64,000 nucleotides of DNA from the NCBI GenBank assembly GCA_973895155.1, contig OZ316891.1:4683708-4747707 (forward strand), given 5' to 3'. The translations under genes and the position numbers were made by a program. Below are positions 13,264 to 26,316 of this stretch, piece by piece. Under the pieces are notes generated by a model. The model saw nothing but the letters and a program-made list of their open reading frames with translations, ran no database searches and was not told where the DNA came from. The stretch is from Marsupella aquatica (Eukaryota; Plantae; Marchantiophyta). Position 1 is the first letter of the stretch. Each line of letters opens with the position of its first letter.

Positions 13264-14922
13264 CACTAGTACATATTAAGCTGATTTCCGATGCTCAATT
13301 TTTGCGAACAATCGGCGTCCGATTCTTTTAGCATCGGAAATTCCGATTATTAAAAAATGGCAATATGCCATACTCTCGGCTTCGGATGTCTTCATTTCCG
13401 ATATAATTGACAACGAAACCTTTCCGATGCGTTAAAAAACGGATCATATCCGTTAGAAAACACATCGGATCCCTCAACAGAAACTTTGATTAATATGTCC
13501 GATGTTTTTTGTAACGAAAATGATGTGCGTTACAATATTGATCGGAAACTTTCCGTAGTTAATAATAACGGATATTATATCCGATTGTGCTAACATGGCA
13601 AAGTCCGATGTTGGGAGAATGGGAAAGTCCGATGCTGGGAGTATGGGAAAGTCCGATGCTAGAAGAATGGGAAAGTCCGATGCTGGAAGAATGGGAAAGT
13701 CCGATGCTAGAAGAATGAGAAAGTCCGATGCTGGGAGTATGGGAAAGTCTGGTTATGACAAAAAGAAAATTTTTGATTGTGTTAGAATGAAAAGTTTTGA
13801 TGTGTTAGATGGGGTATGTGGTTGCACCGACATACTCTTCCCAAAAGATGCAATCATTCTTGCATGCATGAATAACTTCATACTTGAGGCAAATGGACTT
13901 GAGTGTTGTTTTTGCCTCATTCCAAGACCCAACATATTGTTCCCTTACGGAAATATGTGCTCAACATGCCAAGTCCAAAATACATCATCTAGAAGGAGGT
14001 TGCTTGTCCCATGTAGTCTTTGTTGCAAGTCCAACAACAACATAGTTGATAAAAGATGAGACAATCAGGAGCCATTGACGCTGAGGCTTTGGAAGGACCA
14101 AAATATCATCCATAACTAATAAGCCATAATTATCCCATATCAAATCTAATGAACGAGGGCTTTACAATCGATGAATGACCCCTGCCAGATTTCTATTGGT
14201 TTCTCCTAGGGGAATGTAATAGGGTAACTAGAATAGGTCACTTGATGCAAAGATCTAATCTCATGATAGAGAAAAATGGATCAAGAATGGGTCCAAATTA
14301 TGGGTCTTAGTAAACTCACAAGTGTATAAAATCCCCAAACACTCTAAGTCAAACAACAAAAGTGCTAGGCTTGCATGTACAATGTAAGGAATAAGAACCA
14401 CAAAGTTAAGCTCATGTTGGAGGAATAGCAATTGGGATGGGTGACCAATTAGTTGAGAAAATTTGAAGAGTTCACATGTCAAGGGAGATGGGCACCTAGC
14501 TCATAGTTCCAAATGAAAGTAGAAACCCAATTAAAGGAAGAGATGGGTGACCTGAGCATGTCGCGTCCGCTGAAATGCATATCCCATTTTGATTGCTTCG
14601 GACTTTCCCATTCTCCTAGCATCGGACTTTCCCATTCTCTCACCATCGGACTTTCCCATTCTCCTAGCATCGGACTTTCCCATTCTCTCACCATCGGACT
14701 TTCCCATTCTCCTAGCATCGGACTTTCCCATTCTCCCACCATCAGACTTTCCCATTCTCCCACCATCGGACTTTCCGATAGAAGTCCGATTGTCGATATC
14801 CGATACTATAAAAATGGCATGTTGCAATGCTAGTAGTATCGGATATACGGTTTTTCAAATTTTATTTTACAAAGGCGTCCGATGTGGAGAGAATCGGAAA
14901 AAGGAGGTAAAATGTACTAGTG
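13264..14922. mobile_element. Non-autonomous CACTA element related to element A
   Basis: TIR CACTAGTACAT / ATGTACTAGTG; 3-bp TSD AAG; TCCGAT/ATCGGA subterminal motifs; opposed 24-bp tandem arrays at ~13596-13750 and ~14599-14778; decayed TnpD fragment on the minus strand ~13800-14070 similar to 33405-33660. Confidence 0.93.
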
Positions 14923-15219
14923 AAGGAGTGACAAGGGAGAGGAAGAGACGAGCAATGAGGGAGAGAAAGCGGGGACAAGGGTGTTAGGAATTGACTCTAG
15001 TTCCTGACTTAGTTAGTTTGGCCTTACTAGGGTTAGTTAATCCTGGATTACATTAGGATAAGATCCGCTTAGTTTTTAAGCCCAATCATCTTGGCCCCCT
15101 TGGGGGTATAGGCTGGAGGGAGAACACTCTCTCCCTCATTCTTCGCATGTACTCTCATTTGCTATGGAGTCTTTAGGAGTTTCTCCACTCGGGGCGTCTT
15201 GTTGGTGTAGCGTCTGATT

Positions 15220-15523
15220 CTCGGGGGCCTCAATCCAAGGGGTGTCCCATATCACACTCAAAGTTTTGGGGGAATAAACACCCTAAAAATTAAGTCAATA
15301 AAGTTTTTTTTAGGAATTTTTTCCCCTAACTTAATGGAATATTCCAAGAATATTCTCATAATTGATTTTAAAAACCCTATGATTCTTCTTATTCTCAAAA
15401 TTGGATCAAAATAACCCTAATGTTCTTCAACAAAAATTTTAAAAGTTTTTTACTAAACCCAATAAAAAAACCCTATACTTATTCGCGCGTGATGGGTCAG
15501 AAGAAAAGAAGTGAGGACCCCGG
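15220..15523. mobile_element. MITE (CTCGGGGGCC family), uninterrupted copy
   Basis: Near-identical to 8011-8071 plus 9273-9524; TIR CTCGGGGGCCTCA / TGAGGACCCCGG; imperfect TSD GTCTGATT / GTCCTGATT. Confidence 0.8.
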
Positions 15524-16994
15524 GTCCTGATTGAGTCTCTCTCATGTTTCCGCATTGCTGTCTAGTCTGGAGCCGATGGTTTATCACAAAGGGAGGGAAG
15601 ACAAGGGAGTGATGACTTCCTTGCATGCATGCCTGGACCCAAAACCCTACGAACTGATTCTAGAGATCCCCAACTTGTCGCTCCCGATCGCTGCCCTGGC
15701 CCTCGCCTGGACCCAATTAAGATCTTGGGGTGCAATGAAACCCAAGACTCAAGGGTCCCATCCCCAACCGTAACTCAATCTCTTGCCCGGTTCCAACTCC
15801 CAGACAAGCCCTTGGTTGTAGTGATCACTTCTTACCCAATTTAGAACTCAAACATGCATGGGTTGGGGTCAAAATATTGGGACCAACAATGGTCCGGGGG
15901 TGGCAGGTCCGCATAAGTATATATCGGGATACCACCTACTCTCAAACATCCAATGTTGGAAAGTGTTGGGAACCATAACAACACCCCAAAGGGACAGTCA
16001 TGGTGTTGGCAAGTAAGGAGCCAAGTAAACTTGGATGATGTTACCAAAGGGGTTCCATGCAAGGGGTAGCAAAATTGTGTTGCTAAAAAGTGGGTTGAGC
16101 TGTGCCATTGTCCCAAGAAATCTTGGCATTGGGGCGACCAAAGCCAAGTAAGCAACAATGGCGACTTTAAGTTAATCGTTTAAAGTAACAAAAAATGTGG
16201 GGTTACCAATCACTAGTACATTTTGAGGCGTTTTACCGATTGTATTTCGATCGGACGCCTTCAGGAAATCCGATGCGGAAATCTCACCTGTCCGATACCA
16301 AAATAATCGCAATTTCCAATATAAATTTTATCGGAAAACGACAATTGGAAACTAATCGGAACTACCGATACCAAAACATTCGGGAGTTCCGTCGCCTAAA
16401 CTGTCAGGAAACACTATGCGTAATCGGATTTCTGTTCCACGCATTTTCTGTTAATGGAGGCGTCCGATTCTAGACCGATATTCTGGACATGGAAATGACC
16501 GATTGGTTTAACATCGGAAATGTCCGATGTGATTTGGAACGGAAATTGCGATTATAGTAGAATCGGACTTTGCGATACGTTTGGGATGGAAAAGTATGAT
16601 GATTGTGGCATCGGATATGGATCGGTATCTACCCGGAAACTATTTGGCGAGCTTGATTGGGCCTATTTTAAATGGGGGGCTAATTGGGGGTTTAATTGGG
16701 GTGCAATTTAATTCTTTAACTGAGTTTTTATCTAGGGTTTAGAGAGGTCATTTAGTCAAGAGAGACTATCAATTTTGATTGCACACTATGTACCTTGAAA
16801 CCTGGGCATGACACGGCGTAACTATATCTTATATACAAAAATGAAATATCGAGGGCAAAAGTACAAAAAATGGAGAACATCTCCATGCATAGTGCCAGCT
16901 ATGCTAAAGGCTGGGCATATCAAATGGACATAATGCCCTCCAACTATCCACCTCGCTAGCCTGGTACTAGATCTATACATGTCTACCTAGTCCA

Positions 16995-19982
16995 CTATCC
17001 ATACAAGCTATGTCGCGTCTTCCTCTTCTTCACACGGGAACGACTAGGCTGCTCTGCTCTATGAGTCTCTACCGCTGACACACTAGGTAGCACATCATGG
17101 TTGTGGCTACCTGATCTGCCTCCATCGTCATGTGGATGAGGTGCAGAAGCAATCTCTGGTACTCCCCCACCTCCAGATGCGCCTGAACCATGGGAAGGCA
17201 CTCCTTCCCCGACACAAATGTGGAAAGAAGCCCCTCCAACACCACCACCACTACCCCCCTCAGGCCGAGTCTCACCTCCACCACTATGACGGGAACCTCC
17301 CGACTGGGTGCCTACACCACCACTATGAATAGGATATGGTGTGGGCACATGACCACCAAGGCCCCCCCCGGACTGTCGCAAACCAGTTGGTACACTACCA
17401 GGGCTAGCCCTAAACTGACGAGGTGCAGCAACTCCACCACTACCCCCCTCAGGGCGAGACTCACCTCCACCACTATGGCCGGAACCTCCAGACTGGATGC
17501 CTACACCACCACTATGAACAGGAGATGGTGTCGGCACATGACCACCAAGGCCTCCCTCGGACTGTCGCAAACTAGCTGGTACACTACCACGGCCAGCCCT
17601 AAACTGACGAGGTGCAGCAACTCCACCACTACCCCCCTCAGGACGAGACTCACCTCCACCACTACGGCCGGAACCTCCAGACTGGATGCCTACACCACCA
17701 CTATGAACAGGAGATGGTGTGGGCACCCCGGTGGGCACATGACCACCAAGGCCTCCCCCGGACTGTCGTGAACCAGCTGGTACACTACCAGGGCCAGCCC
17801 TAAACTGACGAGGTGCAACTGTAACTCCACCACTACCCCCCTCAGGGCGAGACTCACCTCCACCACTACAGCCGGAACCTCCTGACTGGCCAACGACACG
17901 ACCAGTATGAACACCAGCCCGTTGTCGAGACCCACCTGGTACAACACCAGGGCCAGTCCTCACTCGACCACCTGCTGTGGCTAGAACTCTAGACTCACTA
18001 CAAACCCCTCGGTTGTGACCTACTGTGGCTGGAACCCGGGACTCACTCCGTCCACTCTTACCGGCTAATCTCTGACGAGAAGGAGGCATATCACCTGCTC
18101 TACGCTCCATCCGGCGAGTGGAGCCACCTACACCCCGACCAGACTGGTGACGTCCACTCTCTCGGGGTCCTGACCGGCCACGTGCACCAGTAGAACCTCG
18201 TACTGGAGCCTCGGCCACACTCCCCTTTGAAGCACTATCATCCTCCGCATCCTCCTCATCCTCCTCCCCCTCACCATCCTCCTCACTCTCCAAGTCCTCC
18301 TCACCCCCTGACTCATCCTACACATAGTAACAATCTCCAATCCATATGTCATTCCGCAACATACATACCAGCATGAAGCCATCTTTCAAATCATTCTAAT
18401 ATCCGCACTTACCGAGGCCAACATGTCGTCCATGTGAATCTTCAGCGCCCGAGCACCATGCTCCTTTGCCAGCTCTCTCTCTGCCGGCAACAATGGTCGT
18501 CCGTGCTCTTTCTCCTACACACCCAAACCATATGCCACCCCCAATACTAAGGTCAATTATAGCAACCCTACCCTGGCCTAATTAAACACCTATATAAACC
18601 CTTCACCGTCAAAGACCCATAAGAACACTTAGCCGTTCATGCACAAACTATTCAAAAATTTGAATATGTCCGATACTAATAGAATCGGTACCCTCGACAG
18701 TTCCGATTCTTTTTTATTGTCCGATGCTGCATCCCATACTTAAAGGATCGAACTAGAATCGGACCTTACATGCCGAAAGCAAAAAAAAACTAAGGCATGA
18801 TCGAGCGACCTACGGGCATACAAAGACCTATCCCGGGTTTGGAAGGGTTAGGCATTCGTCAATTGGCCTCAGGTGATTAGGGAGGAGGAATGTTGCTGAA
18901 GGAATGCATGGAGAGGAGGGGAATGGAGCACTTACAAAATCGGCCTTGAGACGCTGTGATCCGCCTTGCCCCATTCTGTGAGTAACCTTTGGCCTCTTTG
19001 TTACTCTCAGCAGAGCTTTCATTAGCCAGGATGGTGGGTCTCCAACCAGGGCTGATTTTGCTGACCATTCTTCAAGTTCTTGATGCATGGGTGCAGTATT
19101 CACCATCTCTCCTTGTTCAATCTTCTTCTGAGCTGCTTGAATTTCAGCTTCCCAGCGTTGTGTGGCTTGCCAAGCTCGAACTTGCAACTCTTCTTCAAGC
19201 CAGGCACACCAAGCATTCTCAGGAATCTCACCAGCTGGGCTTCCCCCTTTCCTGATCACCTCCTCATCCAGTTTGCATTCAGCCAGGTACTTTCGCATCT
19301 TCTCTCGTACATGATTTTGCATGTCTGCAAGTGAGACTGAGATCTTTTTGTTTAAGAATCGATCGTCCACAAACGACCCATTCGAAAATCTCTCTTTGAT
19401 TTGCTCTCGAATTCGGAATCTCTCATCCTGCTTCTTCTTCCCCCAGTAGTCCATCGGGCCAAAATGAGACCTCACAATCTGCCTAACTTGACTCCCAAAC
19501 AAACGATAACTCCTGGAGAGTGGAGCACCTCCCTCATTCAGAAACAATTTTGGCCTCTTGGCCCTATCCTCTGCCTTCTTTCGTTCCTCCTGAATTCTCT
19601 GTTGTTCTGCAGCCCGAGCCTCCCTCCTTAGGCTCTTCTCCTTTTGTCTTGGTGATAGGGCTTCCACTGGCCTCTCTCTCTCGTCCTCCCTAGTGTTACG
19701 TTTCCTCTTCCTCTGCAATCTCTCCTCCTTGAGTCTGGCTTGGAAAGCTTTTTCTGCATCAGTGATGGCTACCTTCTGGGAGCTGTCGATCAGTCCTTGA
19801 GTCAGCTGAGCTACCTGCAATGCAACCTCCGGCGAGAGCCCTACCTTCTCCCTAAACAATTGAGCCATGACTTCACCATAGCTGCTTGATGGCCCGACAC
19901 CATCTCCCATCCCTCCCGCATTCCCTTCCATCGCTACGAGCTCCGCAAAGGTATCGTGAAATGCTCCCGATGCTTTTCCCAA
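16995..19982 (-). CDS. Element A TnpA/PTTA-like accessory gene (exons ~19931-18936, 18514-18413, 18317-16995)
   Basis: Three phase-0 GT-AG exons form an open frame; motif VTHRMGQGG resembles the Ptta/En-Spm H..G..G motif; homologous to the plus-strand gene of B; Gly/Ser-rich repetitive C-terminus. Confidence 0.7.
17245..17960 (-). repeat. In-frame ~180-bp tandem repeat (~3.5 copies) in the last exon of the TnpA-like gene
   Basis: Repeated peptide GGGESRPEGGSGGVAAPRQFRA.PGSVP..LRQS.GGLGGHVPTPSPVHSGGVG.QSGGS. Confidence 0.9.
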
Positions 19983-20997
19983 CTAGAGTGCCTTCGCACT
20001 TTAGTCGGGTGACCTAAAAACCCAAAATGCATAACGTCCGATACTTTCTGCATCGGAAACTCCGATTCTAGGTCAATCGGACTTAGTATCGGACCCCTCC
20101 TCCAAAGTATCGGACTTAACCCTCCCAATGTATTTTCTGATGGTTTGTGAATCGCATGACCTTGGCATTTGGACTTTGGCATTTGGATCCCATGTATACT
20201 ATAATGACCCCCTTTATGTTAGTTGGGGGTTAATTATGCTATATTGTGGGCTTATTAGGTGTGCGGCGCAAAACAGGCATATCAACGTACAGTTGCCGTG
20301 ACAAAGCTAGCACACTATTTTTTGGTGGGTATGGATGATCATTGAATGTATGTACCCAGATCTATTTTCAGTTTGATTTTAAATGATTCCCATTTTGACC
20401 ATGAGGCAATGCTATATGCATGGTGCAACTTTTGGGGACTATAAGAAGTCACAAATTAAATTAACACTCTAGTGCTATTTTGTGCAATTTTGTATTTTTT
20501 GTTTTTGGAGGGTCGGGTCGTTGCTTTTCCTTGGTTTTCTTAGTAGGGTTTATTTTTGCCAATGCATTATGCACAGCGAGAGTATGCGCATCCAAAAGGT
20601 ATGACATATATGATCCTCCAAAATGTATTGGAAATATTTGACATGATATATGCGTTACTTGTGGGAGTTTATAATTGGACATCCAACTCGTCATTGATTT
20701 TTATTAATTTCATTAATTATTGGTTTGTTACTTAGGTTTGCATGTATGTCATATCATCTTTCAACTTCCCCACCTAGCCTGTATGTGCAGGTTTTTTTTG
20801 GATTGGCCTTAGCATATAGTCTAAGGCTTAGAGCCTAGTAGGCACTGTAGAGCACGGATATCATTCAGGTACTAATTAAGTCCAACACTGCAAATTATTA
20901 ACATACTATATATTTCCTGTTTGGGTTTACCTCAAGTTAGGGTGATGAATCAATCTTGCATTTTGGTAAAGACTTGTTTGTGTGTAATTGGCAGACA

Positions 20998-21229
20998 ATG
21001 TCGACTTCTGAGAGTTTGGAGACAGATTCCAACTCTGACTTGTCTTCCTCTGAGGGGAACATTCCTCCTCCCCCTCAACAGCCTCAAGCACCCCCTCCAT
21101 TAGGCCCTATTCCATGCTGGTGTCTTAGATGACATAAAGGACTGGTGGTTCATCAAGCGTGGCAGTCCATTGAACACATCGAAAACTATGGTCGACATGA
21201 GGGTGATTTACCGGGATTCAGCTCGCCAG
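20998..21229 (+). pseudogene. Element A exon 1: transposase-associated N-terminal Zn-binding segment
   Basis: MSTSESLETDS...IPCWCLR*...HIENYGRH, homologous to B exon 1 (LCDCTRC...HIER) and to the C TnpD N-terminus (RCPCTQC...HLLRHERH); one in-frame stop; donor CAG/GTATT. Confidence 0.7.
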
Positions 21230-21939
21230 GTATTGCTTGACATGAACTCCGCTATATATGATACACTATCATAATAGTTGGCTGGTTTGAGACCTTTTAG
21301 GAGACAAGTATTAATTTTTGTTTGTTTATGATTGAATAGGTGCGTTGTAGGGCCCGTCCCACTACTACATATTTGCCAATTTTGCGAAGGCATTTTACAA
21401 GAGGAAGAAAGCTTTGCAAGATTAATCTCATCGCTAAACTTGCGATCCGATACGCATCGCACTTAGCGAATCTACACACATCGCAACACATAATTGCGAA
21501 ACTTAGACCATCGCAACATTTTACGACACTTCAGGTATCGCAAAACATTTCCGAAGCAATTACCATTGAACAAGTTAGTGATCTTTACCGCTTCGCAAAT
21601 TCATTGAGATGCGCTGGAAAACTAAATGGTTGCAAATATTTAAGCATCTCAAAATATTTTGCGAGTCTTATTGTCTCGCAAATGAGCGATGTTTGTGGAA
21701 TATATGGCTAACTTGCGATAGTAATAGGCTCGCAAATCCTGTGCCTGTCTAGGGTCTCATTTTGTGAATGTTTTGGTTTCGCAACTTTGAGATGGTGGTA
21801 TCTTCGGAAGTTTGCGATGAGGGAATGATGGCAATTAGGGAGCAGTTAAGTATCGCAAATGTAGCGATGAGTTTGCGGGTGTAGGGGTTTCGCAAGATGT
21901 TTCGCAAAATATTATGAGCGCTTCAAAGAGGTGGAAAAG

Positions 21940-22560
21940 GAATGGGATTGGGGAGGGAGGGTAAAGGAGGGTGGATACATGTAATTTTTAGGGAGGGACA
22001 ATGAAAAGGAGGAGGAAGGGAATGGGGCTAGGAGGGACAAGGAACGGAGGGATCCAAGAGGGAGGATACAGGTTTAGGGGGCACAAGGAAATGAGGGAGG
22101 AGGAAGGGTATGTAGATATAGTTTTAGGGAGGGTTTGGATTTAGGGAGTGAAAATAAAAAGGAGGGAGTTTAGGGTTTAGAGGGACAAGGAAAGGAGGGA
22201 GGGTATTGGTTTAGAGAGGGACAAGGAAATGAGGGAGGTTTAAGGGTATAGGTTTAGGAGGGAGGAGAGAAGCTAGGTTGTATAGGTAAGAGTGGGGGAC
22301 AGGGGTGGAAAGTAAGGAAAGTATAGGGTTGAAATAGAAAGCCAGGGGTTGGGACAAGGAGAGGAAGGAGGAAGGAGGGTTTAATAAGAGGGACAGACAA
22401 TGAAAGAAAGGAGGAGGGAGGTGGGTACAAGTAATAAGGAGAACAGCTAGGGGGGATTAGGAAAGCATGGAGGATAGAGGACTACAAGCAACATGAGTTT
22501 TCTTTGCATAAAGTCTACCAAAAGGTGTGGTGAGTGTGGGGTAGGGATGGGAGATATAGA
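21940..22560. repeat. Purine-rich low-complexity tract (GGAGGG / GGGACAAGGAA units)
   Basis: Almost C-free G/A-rich strand 3' of the B TnpD gene. Confidence 0.7.
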
Positions 22561-22711
22561 AAACAACATTTGAAAATGATATACTTACAAAACATAAGTT
22601 TATTGATAATTGAGAAGCACATATTTCTCCATTCTACCGAGAAGAGAAATCTTCATATCATCAAATCTAACTATATATCCGTGTAGCTATATATCCACAA
22701 ACACAGACCCC

Positions 22712-25700
22712 TCAAACTTGGTCCTCATCATCTTCAGGTTGGGACACAACCAGAATATCAGGCTTTTCCCCAACGATTGAACGAGACCGTGGCACATATG
22801 TGATGACAAGTGACCATTCCTCTGGGTTTGGGGGGTATGGAATATAGAAACATTGTTCCACATGACTTGGAAAAGTGAACGGCTCTGATGTTTGCCAATG
22901 AGATGGCTGGAAACTAGTGGCAGACGTCTTCAGTCGTGTAAATCCACACTCATCTTGAACCACAGTAGGATTGTTACCTGCAAGGTTCACTTTGAACCAC
23001 TTGCACTTGAAGACATACTCTTCAAACTTTGATTGTGCATCATAAGATATCACTAGAATCTCTTCTACCTTTCCATAATGTGGCACAACATCTCGAATAA
23101 TATTTGTGTCATGGCGACTGCTGCGGGAATCTTGAGAGAATTGTCCTTGAACTCCACAATCAAAGGTACGACCCCTCTTCTCATCAAGGGAAGAAATCCT
23201 AAAATCCATCAAACCATAAGGATATGTTACACAAAAATAGACACAAACATATTCCAATTAATTGAACACACCAAGAATCTGCCTCTTCAATATACGTGCT
23301 TGTATTACAAATGAATTAAATTAAACCAAGTGATTCAAATCAAAGGTTACTAAGGTAGATGGAGATCACCTGAAATGTCTTCCTTGTGTCCACATTGCTG
23401 TCCTTGTTGTAACCACTCTCAAGGGACCATGAACAATGGTACGAACATCATCTGTGATAGTTGGAAAATGTAATACACTCTCTCCCCTGACCACCATGTC
23501 ATCCACCTCAACTAACTTCTCCTTCATATAGTCAAGGTACTTTGGAAAAATCCTTGGTCTTGTGCTGTTACTTTTGGCATCCTCATAGAAATTTCTCCAT
23601 TCTTCCATGATAGTGCTGTTACTCAACATGAATGTGGTCAGTTGTTTCACCTCCACTGGTGTCAACATGCGAGTTTTCCTAGCACCTATTAAACGATCCT
23701 CTTCATCTTCCCTCTCCTCTACCCAAGTACGGGGAGAGGTACAATCAATTGTGGCCAATATGTTACTACAATAGAACATACTCTCAGCTGCTAAGTATCC
23801 TGTAGCCATGCTTCCCTCAACCCATGCACGGTTACGTACATAACCTTTTAACACTGCCATGTATCGTTCTAGCCAATACATCCACCGACAATGCATAGGA
23901 CCTGCAATGGCCACCTCATGAACAAGATGAACAAGTAAATGCACTTGACAGTCAAAAAAGGAAGGAGGAAGGGCCTTCTCCAACTTGCATACCACCTCTG
24001 CTGCCAAAACCTCCATCCCAGGGATCTCATCAGTATATATCTCCTTAGAGCATACCCATCTCAATAGTTTTCCCAATGACCAAAGGGCATCTTGCACTTC
24101 TTCACTTGCCAAACCTATTATGGCCACAGGCAATATGTGCTGCAATAACCTATGGTAGTCATGTGTCTTGAGATACCTTGGCCACTTATGATTGTCCTCC
24201 ATCCCAAAGGCCTTTCGGAGATTGGCACCATAACCAGTAGGAAACTGCATGTCTCCTATGCGATTCTGAAACTCCCTTCTCTGGCCAATAGGAAGCACCC
24301 ATGGAGCTGAAGGTCGATGCTCGATCCCTGTGATAGGATCACTTATGACCCACACGTCTGGATGCATCTCAAGATCCTCACAAGCCTCCCTGAAGTTAGT
24401 GTCTTTCTCTCCATAGAAAGCCTTTATCAAAGCCTTTCCCACATTTCCCTCAATGTGCATGGGGTCTAATAGATGGCGGATCTTCAACTCACCCCAATAG
24501 GGCAAAGTGGTTAATATACTCCACCTTGTCAAGCCACTACCGTCAAATTGCATGGGATCCTCTGGGTCTGCCACTCTTGCAGCCATGTCTTTCCAGTGTG
24601 TAAAAGTTGTTGGCTTAGGTACATCACGCTCGTCACCAAAGGGCATATCAATAGAGGAAAATAGTAGTGGGTCACGCCTCATCTGATGTCCCATTGGAAG
24701 AAACTTTGTATGCCCAAGATAAACAATCTTGCGAAGATGTGATGAATACTTGGCTACATCACCAAGGCTTGGGCCACAAGTGGAGCAAGCCTTGTAGCCT
24801 TGGGTTTGCAACCCACTCACAAAGCCAAATCCTGGTCATATAAACACACATTATGTTAGGATTAGCACATGGAAATGAGGGGATACCATGCATTAGAATA
24901 TGATGCATTTAAACAACAAAGTTCTTACCTGGGTAGTCATGCATGGTCCACATACAAACCCCTTTGAGTTTGAAAACCCGTGGGGTACCCCTTGTAGTCT
25001 TTCGACCATCATATGCCCATACTCCTTCCCATAATTTCTGGAGTTCCTGAACCAGTAATGTCAAATAGGTGTCCATGTTCTTCACCTTCTTTGGCCCTGG
25101 GATAATCAAAGATAGCAACAAAAAACCCTTTTTCATGGACAACCATGGTGGAAGGTTGTAATTCATGAGAACCACAGGCCAGACCGATGTAGGTCTCCCC
25201 TTCCCTCCAAGTGAATCAGGGCTAACTCCATCTGATGCCAACCCCAGTCGCACATGCCGAGGGTCACGCTCAAAATCTGGCCATGTTGATTCCAAATGTT
25301 TATGAGCAGGAGAGTCAACTGGTAATCGCATGACACCGGGCTCCGAACGATGTTTCTTGTGCCATACCATCAACTCGGCCAAGTCAGAACATCTATACAT
25401 GTGCAACAAGCGAGGAATTATGGGGAACCAACAAACTGCTTTCCTTGGTACCTTCTGGGTTAGCATGTTTGGCTCATACCGTGGCTCATGACACACTGTG
25501 CATTCTATGATATGGGCTGTATCCCCGTGAAATAACATGCAATCATTCACACATGCATGAATAATATGGTAATCCATACCAATGGATGAGAGAACCTTCT
25601 TTGCATCCTTCCAGGTCCCTGGCAACACATTCTCCGAGGGTAACATCAAGTCATGACAATATTCAAATATATCTGATAACATAGAATTGCTTGTCTTGTG

Positions 25701-26105
25701 TTTGGCTTGAATGTTCAAGAGCCCCAATATGGCAGAAAGACGGCTCAATCGAGCACCCTCAAAAATAGGTGTTTGAGCATGTTCCTCTGCCTCTTTCCAT
25801 TGTTGTTGTCCCTCTGGAGTATGTTGTGGCCGTGGGTCATTTGAAGGGCCAACCTCATGACCAATGTGAGGCACATCATCCTCAACATCAGCACCAAACC
25901 AATCAACCATGAAGTCATCCATGGCTCTATCTTGATCATGCATGACCTGGTCATCAGTCCGAGGTGCGGCTTCCTCATCAGCACCACCTACATCATTACT
26001 TGATGAGGAATCACCCTCTGATGGTTCTCCCTCTTCTGGCATACCCATCTCCCGATATGTTGCTCTCAACCTTCGTGGTAACATTTGTTGAGATGGTTGC
26101 GCATT
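22712..26105 (-). CDS. Element B TnpD transposase (Transposase_21 / DUF4218 / DUF4216-type; exons ~26105-24929, 24831-23370, ~23198-22712)
   Basis: IHACVNDCMLF, DPRHVRLGLASDG, SVWPVVLMNYNLPPW, WTMHDYPG, HLLDPMHIEGNV, LKTHDYHRLLQ, PPSFFDCQVHLLVHL, RWMYWLERYM, FKCKWF, EPFTFPSHVEQCFY; frames open. Confidence 0.95.
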
Positions 26106-26316
26106 CTATGCACATTACAACCAAAAAACCTCCTCATGTATATTTGACCAAGTACAACAAATTAAAATAGACTTAACACCATTCATTCAAGACATTAAGA
26201 ATTAAAGTAAATGCATGGGCTAAAACCTTATTACTCCAAAATGAGCCCAAAGGCCATATATATAATAGTAAATGGGAAGTCCAAAATAGGTGCAAGAGGA
26301 TAAAGGACATGATTTC

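Noticed and set aside
13595-14987. ORFs with MGKSDARR / SDFPILL peptide repeats
   Set aside because: Translations of the 24-bp subterminal arrays of a non-autonomous CACTA
14982-15778. Possible LTR (purine tract then TGTTAGG... ending ...TAACTCA)
   Set aside because: No second LTR, clear TSD, canonical PBS or gag/pol sequence found
21208-21711. ORFs across the left end of B (and likewise 31669-32030)
   Set aside because: Open frames through TTGCGA subterminal arrays
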